Part shown: positions 56,189 through 64,000 of the stretch, piece after piece
Layout: every line of letters begins with the position of its first letter
Numbering within the stretch: the first letter of the stretch is position 1
Origin: a virus
Taxonomy: Duplodnaviria; Caudoviricetes
Length of the DNA stretch: 64,000 nucleotides
Reading direction: 5' to 3' (one strand)
Virus record (IMG/VR): IMGVR_UViG_3300014590_000001
Coordinates: 160,001-224,000 of that record
Notes under the pieces: generated by a model
Seen by the model: the letters and a program-made list of their open reading frames with translations, nothing else
Database searches by the model: none
Told to the model about the DNA's origin: nothing
Position numbers and translations under genes: made by a program

Positions 56189-56866
56189 ATGGAAATTTTA
56201 ATCAGTTTGTCGAAAGCTGTTTCGGCATTTTCAGAAAAAGATCGAGCGGCTTTCGACAAATGGTTTGGAAAGTCCGTTGTAAAAGATCCTCAAGGCAATC
56301 CGCTTGTTGTGTATCACGGCACAACAGGAGACTTTGATACGTTTGATAAAAAACGTTTGAGCGCCGGTAACGATGAATACGGCATCGGATTTTATTTCAC
56401 TGACTCACCTGAGTTTGCGCAATACTATGCCAAGAATAGCGGCAGTACGCTTCCAGTGTATTTGAAAATCCAGAAGCCGATCATTTTTGAAAAGCAACCG
56501 CGCATGACTCTTATGCAAGCAACAAGAATTGCAAACGGATTAACTCGTCCTCACTTCAATCGCTTCCTTGCTGAAAACTACGATCTCGATTATCAAGGTT
56601 TGGCAAGCGCGAAACAAGAATATCTGGAAAACTTCGTCGGCATGGATCTGATCGACGCAGGGAACAACCTGTTCCAAGATATTTATAAAGGTGAGCCTGA
56701 ACAGTGGCGCTTCTCTGAAGTGTTCGCTGCTGCAACCGGAAGGGATGGCATCATTGCAAAACGTGGACAGCATTTCTTCTACGTTGTGTTTAGTCCTACG
56801 CAAATCAAATCGGCAGTAGGAAACAAAGGTACGTTTAAACCGCGCACCGAAAACATTCTGGAGTAA
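56189..56866 (+). CDS. ADP-ribosyltransferase-like protein (ART-PolyVal type) with MEILISLS leader
   Basis: PLVVYHGT..FDTFD, GIGFYFTD...A..YA, PVYLKI.KP, DGII, YVVFSPTQIKSA.GN.GTF. Confidence 0.75.
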   Translation: MEILISLSKAVSAFSEKDRAAFDKWFGKSVVKDPQGNPLVVYHGTTGDFDTFDKKRLSAGNDEYGIGFYFTDSPEFAQYYAKNSGSTLPVYLKIQKPIIFEKQPRMTLMQATRIANGLTRPHFNRFLAENYDLDYQGLASAKQEYLENFVGMDLIDAGNNLFQDIYKGEPEQWRFSEVFAAATGRDGIIAKRGQHFFYVVFSPTQIKSAVGNKGTFKPRTENILE

Positions 56867-56869
56867 GCT

Positions 56870-57304
56870 ATGGAAATTCTAATCAGTCTTAGCAAGATGG
56901 TTAGCCCGTTGCCGAAACAAAAAGTTGTTTTGCAGAATGCGAAAAGCAATGAAGAGAAAGCAAAGCGCAGTGTTAAGCTGGCGCAAGATACTCTTCAGCA
57001 ACGACAACAGGAAAACCGGAATGTTGATGGTGCCAAAAAAGAATTGGGAATCCGTAATAAGATACGTCGTCGCGCAACCGAAGTAGTAAGAACGCAGCAA
57101 CAACGTACCGGACGTGCCGCCACCGTTGATCGCCTTATTGCAGAACTCGAACGTCTGGAGAAAGTTGAAGACAACGAGACTAACAAAAAGACGAACGAAG
57201 AACGCCGCACGAAATTGCGTGAACAGATTGCAGAAGCACGTAAGGCAATGCAGAAAATCAAATTGCCTAAATCTACAATCAAGCGCAAGAAACGTCGTTA
57301 CTAA
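56870..57304 (+). CDS. basic coiled-coil protein with MEILISLS leader
   Basis: 144 aa, GGAG RBS. Confidence 0.75.
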   Translation: MEILISLSKMVSPLPKQKVVLQNAKSNEEKAKRSVKLAQDTLQQRQQENRNVDGAKKELGIRNKIRRRATEVVRTQQQRTGRAATVDRLIAELERLEKVEDNETNKKTNEERRTKLREQIAEARKAMQKIKLPKSTIKRKKRRY

Positions 57305-57313
57305 GGAATCACT

Positions 57314-57547
57314 ATGCAAATTTATGTGTCGCTTTCCAGCGCCCCGAATCTCGCGCAGCAAAGTTGGGATTATACTTTTCTTTGTTACGTAGATGAAACA
57401 GCACGTAAATGGCCAGCCGACTTAGGCGCATATGGCGAACGCTATATGAAACTTCTGAAAGAAAAACTTCGACTCGAAGCCGTGACGGGGCCATTTCTTT
57501 TTGACGGCTATTACGACAAAGATCAATTCTTCACGGAACTTCCGTAA
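57314..57547 (+). CDS. small protein with MQIYVSLS leader
   Basis: 77 aa, TAAGGA RBS. Confidence 0.7.
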   Translation: MQIYVSLSSAPNLAQQSWDYTFLCYVDETARKWPADLGAYGERYMKLLKEKLRLEAVTGPFLFDGYYDKDQFFTELP

Positions 57548-57552
57548 CTTTG

Positions 57553-57576
57553 AGGGTGGCTTAGGCTGCCCTTTTT
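57553..57576 (+). terminator. intrinsic terminator
   Basis: AGGGTGGC-TTAG-GCTGCCCTTTTT. Confidence 0.8.
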
Positions 57577-57584
57577 AACGCCCA

Positions 57585-57594
57585 AATCTGTAAA
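57585..57594 (+). promoter_or_regulatory. putative phage promoter core AATCTGTAAA
   Basis: Immediately after a terminator, upstream of the sbcC gene run. Confidence 0.55.
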
Positions 57595-57633
57595 AAGATG
57601 AATATAGGTTTAAACTTAACTAAGGTATTCATT

Positions 57634-57834
57634 ATGTTTGCATATGCTCGCCCTACTCCATGTTTCCATATTTGCCGTCACGCTCTGGATATCAATCCGT
57701 ACACCAATGAACCTGAAACACAAAAAGAAATCGTTGGTCAGGTGTTCGCGCATCCGGAAAAGGAATTGGAAAAACTTTCGAAAGATTATCCGAACGATAG
57801 TCTATGGTTTGAACCTGCTGATGTTTGGATGTAA
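57634..57834 (+). CDS. hypothetical protein
   Basis: Start reassigned to MFAYARP (TAAGG RBS). Confidence 0.6.
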   Translation: MFAYARPTPCFHICRHALDINPYTNEPETQKEIVGQVFAHPEKELEKLSKDYPNDSLWFEPADVWM

Positions 57835-57836
57835 CT

Positions 57837-60137
57837 ATGCCTGGGATTTCTCTCAAATCAATTGAACTCAATAACGTTGTGGTGTTCAAAGAATTAAAGC
57901 TGACTGAACTTGATCAGCAAGGATTCGTAACTATCTCCGGTTACAACCACGACAGCCCAAACGTTCGCAACAATAAAAACGGTGTGGGAAAAAGTCTGAT
58001 GTTTGGTTCGCTTCCAAATTTATTTTATGAAGCAGATCCGCTTGCGCTTACCAAACGCAGCAAAACAAATATGCTGAAGAAAGGAAGTTCAATCTCACTT
58101 GAGTGGCAATCTCCTTTAGGTCAGATGATCAAAATTGAACAGACGGCAAGTAAGTATAAAGTTTCTTTGGACGGCGAAGACCAAAAGGTTGAGCGTCAGG
58201 ACGTAGCGAAGACGTGGATTAAAAAACATTTCCCGCTTTCGCAAGACGAGTTTTATTCGTACTGCTATATTCAAACGCAGATCGCACATCCGTTCCAACG
58301 TGCGAAACCTTCTGAGCGTCTGAAATATTTGACTGAACTGTTTGGCCTCGATGTTTATGATCGTATTCGTAGCGCAGTCAAAATCAAACTGGATGCTGCG
58401 AAAGACGCAGAGAAAGAAAGCAAAGGCGTTGCCGATCTTTACGACGTTACTGCACGTAAGCAGGACTCTCTGAAGGTAACAGACAAGACGCGCAAGAAAG
58501 CTAAGAAGCTGGAGAAAGAAAGCGATGCACTTAAAGAGCAACGCAACGATCTTTATGAACGTTTTGCTGAACTGACTTCTGAGCGCAAGGACGCTCGCCG
58601 CTACTACGAAATCATGGCAGAGATTTCTGCTCTGAAGATTGTGTCTGAGAATCCGAAGAAGGAACTGGAAAAACTTAATGCGGTGTTAAAGCGTATTGAG
58701 AAATTCGAAGACTATCAGGAAGCGCTGAAGAAATATAAAAAGCGTTTGGCTGAATTCAAAGCGCAGTTGAAAGAACTTCCGGAATCTGAAGCAGATCCTA
58801 AAGCACTCTCAAAGAAACATTCTAAGCTGGTTTCCGAAGAGGAAGAGATTGAAGAACTGCTTGAAAGTTTGGATGAAGAGATCGAGGCGTACACCGAATG
58901 GAAAGACGATATCAAACGTTTGACCAAAGCACTCGGTAAATTGAAGAAGCCGAAGAAAACTTCTGAAGAACTGGAGGAAGCATTTACTGAAGCGCAGTCG
59001 GTTGTACGCGCTTACGAAAAACTTTCTCACAAGGTTGACGGCAAGACTTGTCCTACGTGCGGTCAGGACGTGAATCTCAAAGCGCTGAAACGTGCTGCTG
59101 ATAAAGCTGAAGAAGAGATCAAAAGTCTGCGCAAGCAACAAGAGTATTTCGATTGCAAAGAAGAATTGAAAGAACTCGAAGGGAAGAAAGTTAAGAAGCC
59201 TAAGCACGACAAAGAAGAGTTGCAAAAACGTTTGAAGAAGATCGGCAAGCAGATTGATGCTATCGCTGATGAATTCGAAACGATTAAAAAACGTGATGCA
59301 ATTCAGGCCAAGCTGGATGCTCTGGAGAAGCCGGAAGAAGTTGCTGAACCGAAGAAGCCGTGTAAGAACGTTGAAAAACGTATCGAGCAACTGGAACAAC
59401 TTCGCGATCTTAATCAGTCACTGAAAGCATTCAAGCGTCCGTCTAAGTCGGCGCAGGAAATTGATGAAGAGTATCACGCAGTCGATAAGAAGATTAAAAA
59501 GCTCACCTCAAGTATCGGTGAACTTGAGCGTGAAATGCAGAAAGTGATTTCGAAAGTTCAGGAGTACGATCATTACGAAGACACGTTAGTTGAAATGCGC
59601 ACAAAACTTTCTAAGTTGCAGCCATTGATTGACAAGCGTGTGTTGTACGAAACACTTTATAAAGCGTACAGTGGCACGGAATTAAAACTGAAAGCAATGG
59701 AAGGACGCTTGCAGTTAATTCAAGACAAGCTGAATGAGAACAGTCATTTGGTTTACCCTGAGAATATGAAGTTCAATCTATTCACTTGTCCTCAAGGCGT
59801 TGGTGCAACTGTTACTCGCGTGTCGTCGGATACCACAACCGATATCAGTATTATGAGCGGCGCAGAAACTAACTGCTTCCGTTTGTTGTGGGCGATCAGT
59901 ATTCTTCCGTTTGTGCCTGAATCTCGTCGTACTGACTTCATGATTCTGGATGAACCTGAATCGAACTGTAGTGATGCCGTTCGTGATCACTTAATCGAAA
60001 ACTTCCTGCCCATTCTCACAAAGATTGTTCCAAACGTTTATTGGATCTCTCCATTGAGTGTTGATAGTTTCAGTGACAAGCAATGGATAGTTGAGAAGAC
60101 AAAGGGCGTTTCCAAACTTGTTAGAAAGGAAATGTAA
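57837..60137 (+). CDS. sbcC: SbcC/Rad50 (gp46-like) SMC-family ATPase
   Basis: Walker A NGVGKS, Q-loop, coiled coil, zinc hook CPTCGQ, signature MSGAE, Walker B ILDEPE. Confidence 0.92.
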   Translation: MPGISLKSIELNNVVVFKELKLTELDQQGFVTISGYNHDSPNVRNNKNGVGKSLMFGSLPNLFYEADPLALTKRSKTNMLKKGSSISLEWQSPLGQMIKIEQTASKYKVSLDGEDQKVERQDVAKTWIKKHFPLSQDEFYSYCYIQTQIAHPFQRAKPSERLKYLTELFGLDVYDRIRSAVKIKLDAAKDAEKESKGVADLYDVTARKQDSLKVTDKTRKKAKKLEKESDALKEQRNDLYERFAELTSERKDARRYYEIMAEISALKIVSENPKKELEKLNAVLKRIEKFEDYQEALKKYKKRLAEFKAQLKELPESEADPKALSKKHSKLVSEEEEIEELLESLDEEIEAYTEWKDDIKRLTKALGKLKKPKKTSEELEEAFTEAQSVVRAYEKLSHKVDGKTCPTCGQDVNLKALKRAADKAEEEIKSLRKQQEYFDCKEELKELEGKKVKKPKHDKEELQKRLKKIGKQIDAIADEFETIKKRDAIQAKLDALEKPEEVAEPKKPCKNVEKRIEQLEQLRDLNQSLKAFKRPSKSAQEIDEEYHAVDKKIKKLTSSIGELEREMQKVISKVQEYDHYEDTLVEMRTKLSKLQPLIDKRVLYETLYKAYSGTELKLKAMEGRLQLIQDKLNENSHLVYPENMKFNLFTCPQGVGATVTRVSSDTTTDISIMSGAETNCFRLLWAISILPFVPESRRTDFMILDEPESNCSDAVRDHLIENFLPILTKIVPNVYWISPLSVDSFSDKQWIVEKTKGVSKLVRKEM

Positions 60138-60430
60138 TGTCCAGTATCGATCAACTTTGTGAAAGCGCTTATTTGTTTAACGGCTATCGTTTGATTGAAG
60201 ACGCCACAATGACGCAAAACAAATTTGTTCCTATCGAACGTAACTGGTTTATGCGTATCGTTGCGAAAGTTTTCAGACTCAAGAAAGAAACGGTAGTGGT
60301 TGAGCCGCTGCCCACTTTCTACTTGTGCCATGACTGCATCATCGCGCATCCGGAAAACATCAAACGAATTCGTGATGCCGTTGAACAAAGTAAGAAGAGT
60401 TTCAAAACTTCTTCGGTAACTGTTTATTAG
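60137..60430 (+). CDS. hypothetical protein
   Basis: 97 aa, coupled to sbcC. Confidence 0.65.
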   Translation: MSSIDQLCESAYLFNGYRLIEDATMTQNKFVPIERNWFMRIVAKVFRLKKETVVVEPLPTFYLCHDCIIAHPENIKRIRDAVEQSKKSFKTSSVTVY

Positions 60431-60440
60431 TGAGGAACGT

Positions 60441-61154
60441 ATGCCAGTAGTAGCGGTTACGAAACAAAGCCCTGAGCAAGTTCTCGGTTGGTTGAAGCAA
60501 GAAGATCCTGATGTTCGTGTGACTTACTGCCCTCAAGGAATCGCACTCGATCCGGATAAGAAATATCGCAAACATATTTTCGTGATTGGAACGAAAGAGT
60601 TCGACCGAAACGCGGTGAGCATTCGCCAAATGCCTCAACACATTTTCTTTGTGTTTGGTCATAGCGTTCTTCTGGAAAAGTACGGTCTGGAAGTTGATAA
60701 GCGAGTTCAGGAACTTGAACCTATTCGTCCGAAGTTGGTTCCGGTTGGATCTTATTTGAAAGATCTGAAACATCGTGCGATTGAGGGAAGTCTGTTCTAT
60801 GATTTAATGACTTTCATTTATACGATGCCAAGTAAGACGCACCAGAAACCAATCACCAGTTTGATTTGCAAATGGATTTACACCGGATGCAAAACAGATA
60901 TTCGCGAGGATATTGAAGCTCTGGATTTACGCATTAGCAATAGCAACATGGCAAAGCTAATCTCTATTCTGGAAAAACCTGTTACCTATCGTTTGCGTGA
61001 TGCTTTTATTGATTTGAATAAAGGCGTTTGTTCTACGATGGGTCAGGCAGTAATAAAACATCGTGTTCAGGTTTTCGAATTGGGCTACATCAAAGGTAAC
61101 GTTGAGAAAATCGCAAACGTCACCGATGAACTAGTTTCCAATCGGGGGATCTAA
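60441..61154 (+). CDS. hypothetical protein
   Basis: 237 aa, GAGGA RBS. Confidence 0.75.
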   Translation: MPVVAVTKQSPEQVLGWLKQEDPDVRVTYCPQGIALDPDKKYRKHIFVIGTKEFDRNAVSIRQMPQHIFFVFGHSVLLEKYGLEVDKRVQELEPIRPKLVPVGSYLKDLKHRAIEGSLFYDLMTFIYTMPSKTHQKPITSLICKWIYTGCKTDIREDIEALDLRISNSNMAKLISILEKPVTYRLRDAFIDLNKGVCSTMGQAVIKHRVQVFELGYIKGNVEKIANVTDELVSNRGI

Positions 61155-61164
61155 ATTTTAATAC

Positions 61165-61190
61165 AAAGGGTGGCTTCGGCTGCCCTTTTT
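61165..61190 (+). terminator. intrinsic terminator
   Basis: AAAGGGTGGC-TTCG-GCTGCCCTTTTT. Confidence 0.85.
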
Positions 61191-61238
61191 CATTTCTAAT
61201 GCTAATTTTTATCGTGTATAGCTTATTGGAGAATTCAA

Positions 61239-61808
61239 ATGATTAACGCATTAAGTACGCGAGCAATCATTGAAGTCATCGAACGTGAAGGTGGCTCAAA
61301 ATATACGAACCGTGCTGCCGACCGTGGTGGCCCGACTCGTTGGGGAGTCACTGAAAAAACTGCTCGTGCGTATGGGTATACAGGCAGTATGGAAACCTTA
61401 CCTCAAGAAGTTGCGATTGAAATTTTCCGCAAAAACTTTTGGGATTTCTGCAAGTGCGATCAGCTCGCTAAATTCAGCGAAGAACTTGCTGTATGGGTTT
61501 TCGATTTTGCCGTTAACTCTTCACCTGCAAACGCAATTGCTCCGCTGCAAGGTCTGCTTAATGTTCTGAATGATCGTCAGAAACTTTATCCGGACTTTGC
61601 ACCTGCCGCGAACATCGGGCCAAAAACTATTGCTGCGCTTGAGTCGTATTCGAAAGTGCGCGACGTGAAAATTCTTGCGCGTGTATATAACGGTCTGCGT
61701 CTGTCATTCCTTTATAACATCGCTGCCAAAGATGAATCACAAGAATCCAACGTGTACGGTTGGTTCAATCGTGTCGTTAATATTACTGCTAACGTGGGCG
61801 TGAAGTAA
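61239..61808 (+). CDS. glycoside hydrolase family 108 lysozyme with C-terminal peptidoglycan-binding domain
   Basis: EREGG, DRGGPTRWGVT, FDFAVNS, LQ..LN, IGPKT, YGWFNR. Confidence 0.92.
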   Translation: MINALSTRAIIEVIEREGGSKYTNRAADRGGPTRWGVTEKTARAYGYTGSMETLPQEVAIEIFRKNFWDFCKCDQLAKFSEELAVWVFDFAVNSSPANAIAPLQGLLNVLNDRQKLYPDFAPAANIGPKTIAALESYSKVRDVKILARVYNGLRLSFLYNIAAKDESQESNVYGWFNRVVNITANVGVK

Positions 61809-61834
61809 CGCCAAATATATTACAGGAAAATAAA

Positions 61835-62701
61835 ATGAAAGTAAGTTTAGATCTTTCTGGCGCTGCTGTTTCTACTTCTGCCCCGAAAGCAAAAATCAAC
61901 GCCAAACTCATTACCTCTAAAGGTGAGCGTGTTCTGGTATTCCGCTCTGGCATGAAGCCTGTTATCGCTACTGTAATGTCGAACCTGAAAACCATCAAAC
62001 AGAAAGTTGGTGCTCTGGTTAAAGCTGAACACGACGAACATAGCGCAGACGTTGCTATGGGTCAGGCCAAAGATCCGGCACGTAAGAAACTGCTCAAAGA
62101 TAAAAAGAAAACTTCGGGCACTACTGCTAAAAATCTTCGCGCAGAAATGAAAAAGCTGTACAGCGATTCTCATGCCCTGCTGCGTAAAAATAATCTGTCC
62201 AGCGTTTCTCTGCCGATCATTCAACGTGATCTGGAAGGTAACGCCAAGAGTATTAAGTCAGATCTGGATCGTCTGGATTTGAAGAAACTGCGCTTTAAAA
62301 ATCTGCATAGTATTCCTGGCCATCGCGATCCGGATTACACGCCGAAATTTATGGCTGACGAAAAGTTTGAAGCTCTGGAAGCGGCACCTACCAAACTGCG
62401 CTCGGTTAAAAAGCCTGAAACAGTTGGACGTAAACGCGTGAAACCTTCAGGACGCACTGCCGATTCAAAAGGTAAGGCGATTTCTCCTGCAACTGTTATC
62501 AAACGTTTGGGTGAAGCCTTTGGTGAAAAATTCACTGCAAGCCAATTGAAAGCCTACTCGATTGTTGAATCGAATGATGGTGGTCTGATTATGGTTCCGC
62601 CAACTGGTAAGAAATTGAAAATGTCTCGCGCCAAACTCGCTAAGTTCAACGTAACTCCTGCTGATGCTGAGTCTCTGAAACCTACCCGCCGTGTGCGTTA
62701 A
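61835..62701 (+). CDS. Lys-rich basic protein with MKVSLDLS leader
   Basis: 288 aa; paralog of the next gene. Confidence 0.8.
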   Translation: MKVSLDLSGAAVSTSAPKAKINAKLITSKGERVLVFRSGMKPVIATVMSNLKTIKQKVGALVKAEHDEHSADVAMGQAKDPARKKLLKDKKKTSGTTAKNLRAEMKKLYSDSHALLRKNNLSSVSLPIIQRDLEGNAKSIKSDLDRLDLKKLRFKNLHSIPGHRDPDYTPKFMADEKFEALEAAPTKLRSVKKPETVGRKRVKPSGRTADSKGKAISPATVIKRLGEAFGEKFTASQLKAYSIVESNDGGLIMVPPTGKKLKMSRAKLAKFNVTPADAESLKPTRRVR

Positions 62702-62719
62702 TATTTAAGGGAAACCAAA

Positions 62720-63691
62720 ATGAAATTGATGATTAATCTTGCAGAAGAAACTTCTTCTCTGTCTGCTGCTAAAACCCCAAAGTTCAAAATCACCAAAGTT
62801 GGCGCAAAGAAATCTCTGACGGTTGCTAAGTCTGCTTCCCGTGATTTCAAGAAAGCTCTCGGCCTTGCAGCTAAGGCACATAAAGGCGTTGGCGTTCTGC
62901 AAAAGCAACGTGCAAATCTGGAAAACGCGCAGGAAAAACTTTCCAAAGCAACTGCGATGAACAAAGATCATATGCGCGGTCTGGTGAAAACTGCAAAAGG
63001 TAAAATTGCAGACACCAAAAAACTGATCAAGCAGTATAACTCTGAAGCGTCAAAACTTCTGAAATCGAACTTCGGTTTGGCTATCACTGTTCCGTTCTCC
63101 ACTGAAGATCTGTGCTCACCAACGAAAGCAAAATCTGCGAAGATGAAAACTTTCGAAGGTCTGAAAGTTAAGGGCATGTCTGGTTTTGTTAAGACCATCG
63201 TTTCTGTGAAAGACGATGTTATCACTGGCAAAACTGTGAAAGAAGTGAAGAACAAAGACGGCTCTACTCGCAAGTCTGGTTTCAAATCTCTGGACGAAAT
63301 CGAAGACAGCATGGTATCAACTCCGGCTAGTCGCCGCCGTCGCGAAGATTCAAAAATTCGCAGCAACGCAGAAGCAAAGAAACGTACTAAAGCTCGCGTA
63401 GAGGACGCGCGTAAGATTGCCGCCAAAGTTGAAAAACAGATGCCTAAGATTCTCGATGACGTAGGCATTACTTTTGACCAGACCAAAAAATCTGGCAAAC
63501 TGATGTATAACATTCAGGGCGAACGCAAAACCTCCGTGGGTAAAAATAACATCGTAATGACCGAAATGCAGATGCACTTGGAAGATAAAAAGATTCCAGT
63601 GACTAAGCTGAAAAACGGATTCGAGATCCCCGGTATTATTCGCTTTACGCGAGGCGAAAATGGCGTGACGTTCAAACGTCTGGATAAATAA
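62720..63691 (+). CDS. Lys-rich basic protein with MKLMINLA...SLSA leader
   Basis: 323 aa. Confidence 0.8.
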   Translation: MKLMINLAEETSSLSAAKTPKFKITKVGAKKSLTVAKSASRDFKKALGLAAKAHKGVGVLQKQRANLENAQEKLSKATAMNKDHMRGLVKTAKGKIADTKKLIKQYNSEASKLLKSNFGLAITVPFSTEDLCSPTKAKSAKMKTFEGLKVKGMSGFVKTIVSVKDDVITGKTVKEVKNKDGSTRKSGFKSLDEIEDSMVSTPASRRRREDSKIRSNAEAKKRTKARVEDARKIAAKVEKQMPKILDDVGITFDQTKKSGKLMYNIQGERKTSVGKNNIVMTEMQMHLEDKKIPVTKLKNGFEIPGIIRFTRGENGVTFKRLDK

Positions 63692-63714
63692 TCACTGCTC
63701 AGTGTGAGGCACAA

Positions 63715-64000
63715 ATGGAAATTTTTATTTCCCTTTCAGCGAACCTGTCTGATCGCGCCTTGCAAGAAGTTTTGAACCGTGGAAAACTTGATGTTCGCGT
63801 TGTTGCTTCCCGTAAGATCAGCAACACGCTTTATCTTTTCGCATATATAAATGCAGACGGCGATTACGTTGTCTGCCGCGCTACTCTGTCACAAGCTGGA
63901 CTTGTAGCGAATAAATTTGTGCTGCGTAAAGTTGAACCTCTTTCTACGGAAGAAACTCTTTGGCACGTAGATAAGGCTTTCGATAAATTTGATAGCGCTG
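63715..64000 (+). CDS. partial CDS with MEIFISLSA leader (runs off the window)
   Basis: GAGG RBS; open to the window end. Confidence 0.7.
   Translation, partial: MEIFISLSANLSDRALQEVLNRGKLDVRVVASRKISNTLYLFAYINADGDYVVCRATLSQAGLVANKFVLRKVEPLSTEETLWHVDKAFDKFDSA

Noticed and set aside
55511-61190. Repeated GGGTGGC...GCTGCCC elements as a mobile repeat
   Set aside because: All three sit right after stop codons and are followed by T-runs; ordinary intrinsic terminators
1-64000. tRNA/rRNA genes, introns or alternative genetic code
   Set aside because: No cloverleaf or rRNA-like segments noticed; the recognised genes are uninterrupted under the standard code

Overview
64 kb of a densely coded large dsDNA bacteriophage genome. 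It is most likely a jumbo myovirus of Gammaproteobacteria; this is inferred from the gene content, the 16S-type Shine-Dalgarno sites and the absence of host housekeeping operons. About 1-30 kb is a minus-strand accessory/early region of mostly small hypothetical genes, plus UvsE, DksA/TraR, a radical SAM enzyme, KptA/Tpt1, a GNAT-like protein and a beta-class DNA methyltransferase. About 31-45 kb is a minus-strand replication/recombination/transcription block: RecA/UvsX, SSB-like protein, phage sigma factor, 2H phosphoesterase (Acb1-like), Cas4-like nuclease, RuvC and an Ig-domain virion protein, with a single plus-strand primase. After a strand switch at about 45.5 kb come a structured intergenic region, a PolA/TV-Pol-like polymerase, a RuvC-less TnpB-derived fusion protein, a 5'-nucleotidase, a probable ~280-nt structured ncRNA, a DnaX-like clamp loader, an ADP-ribosyltransferase, SbcC/Rad50, a GH108 lysozyme and Lys-rich proteins. 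Top leads: (1) the [structured DNA/RNA]-[TV-Pol]-[TnpB WED/REC-only fusion] module at 47.2-50.6 kb; (2) the pseudoknotted ncRNA candidate at 53.95-54.23 kb; (3) a shared N-terminal 'MEILISLS'-type leader on about 10 mostly unrelated proteins; (4) a phage-specific TCTGYAAA promoter family. No tRNA, rRNA or CRISPR array was seen. All family calls come from motif recognition by eye, not from database searches.
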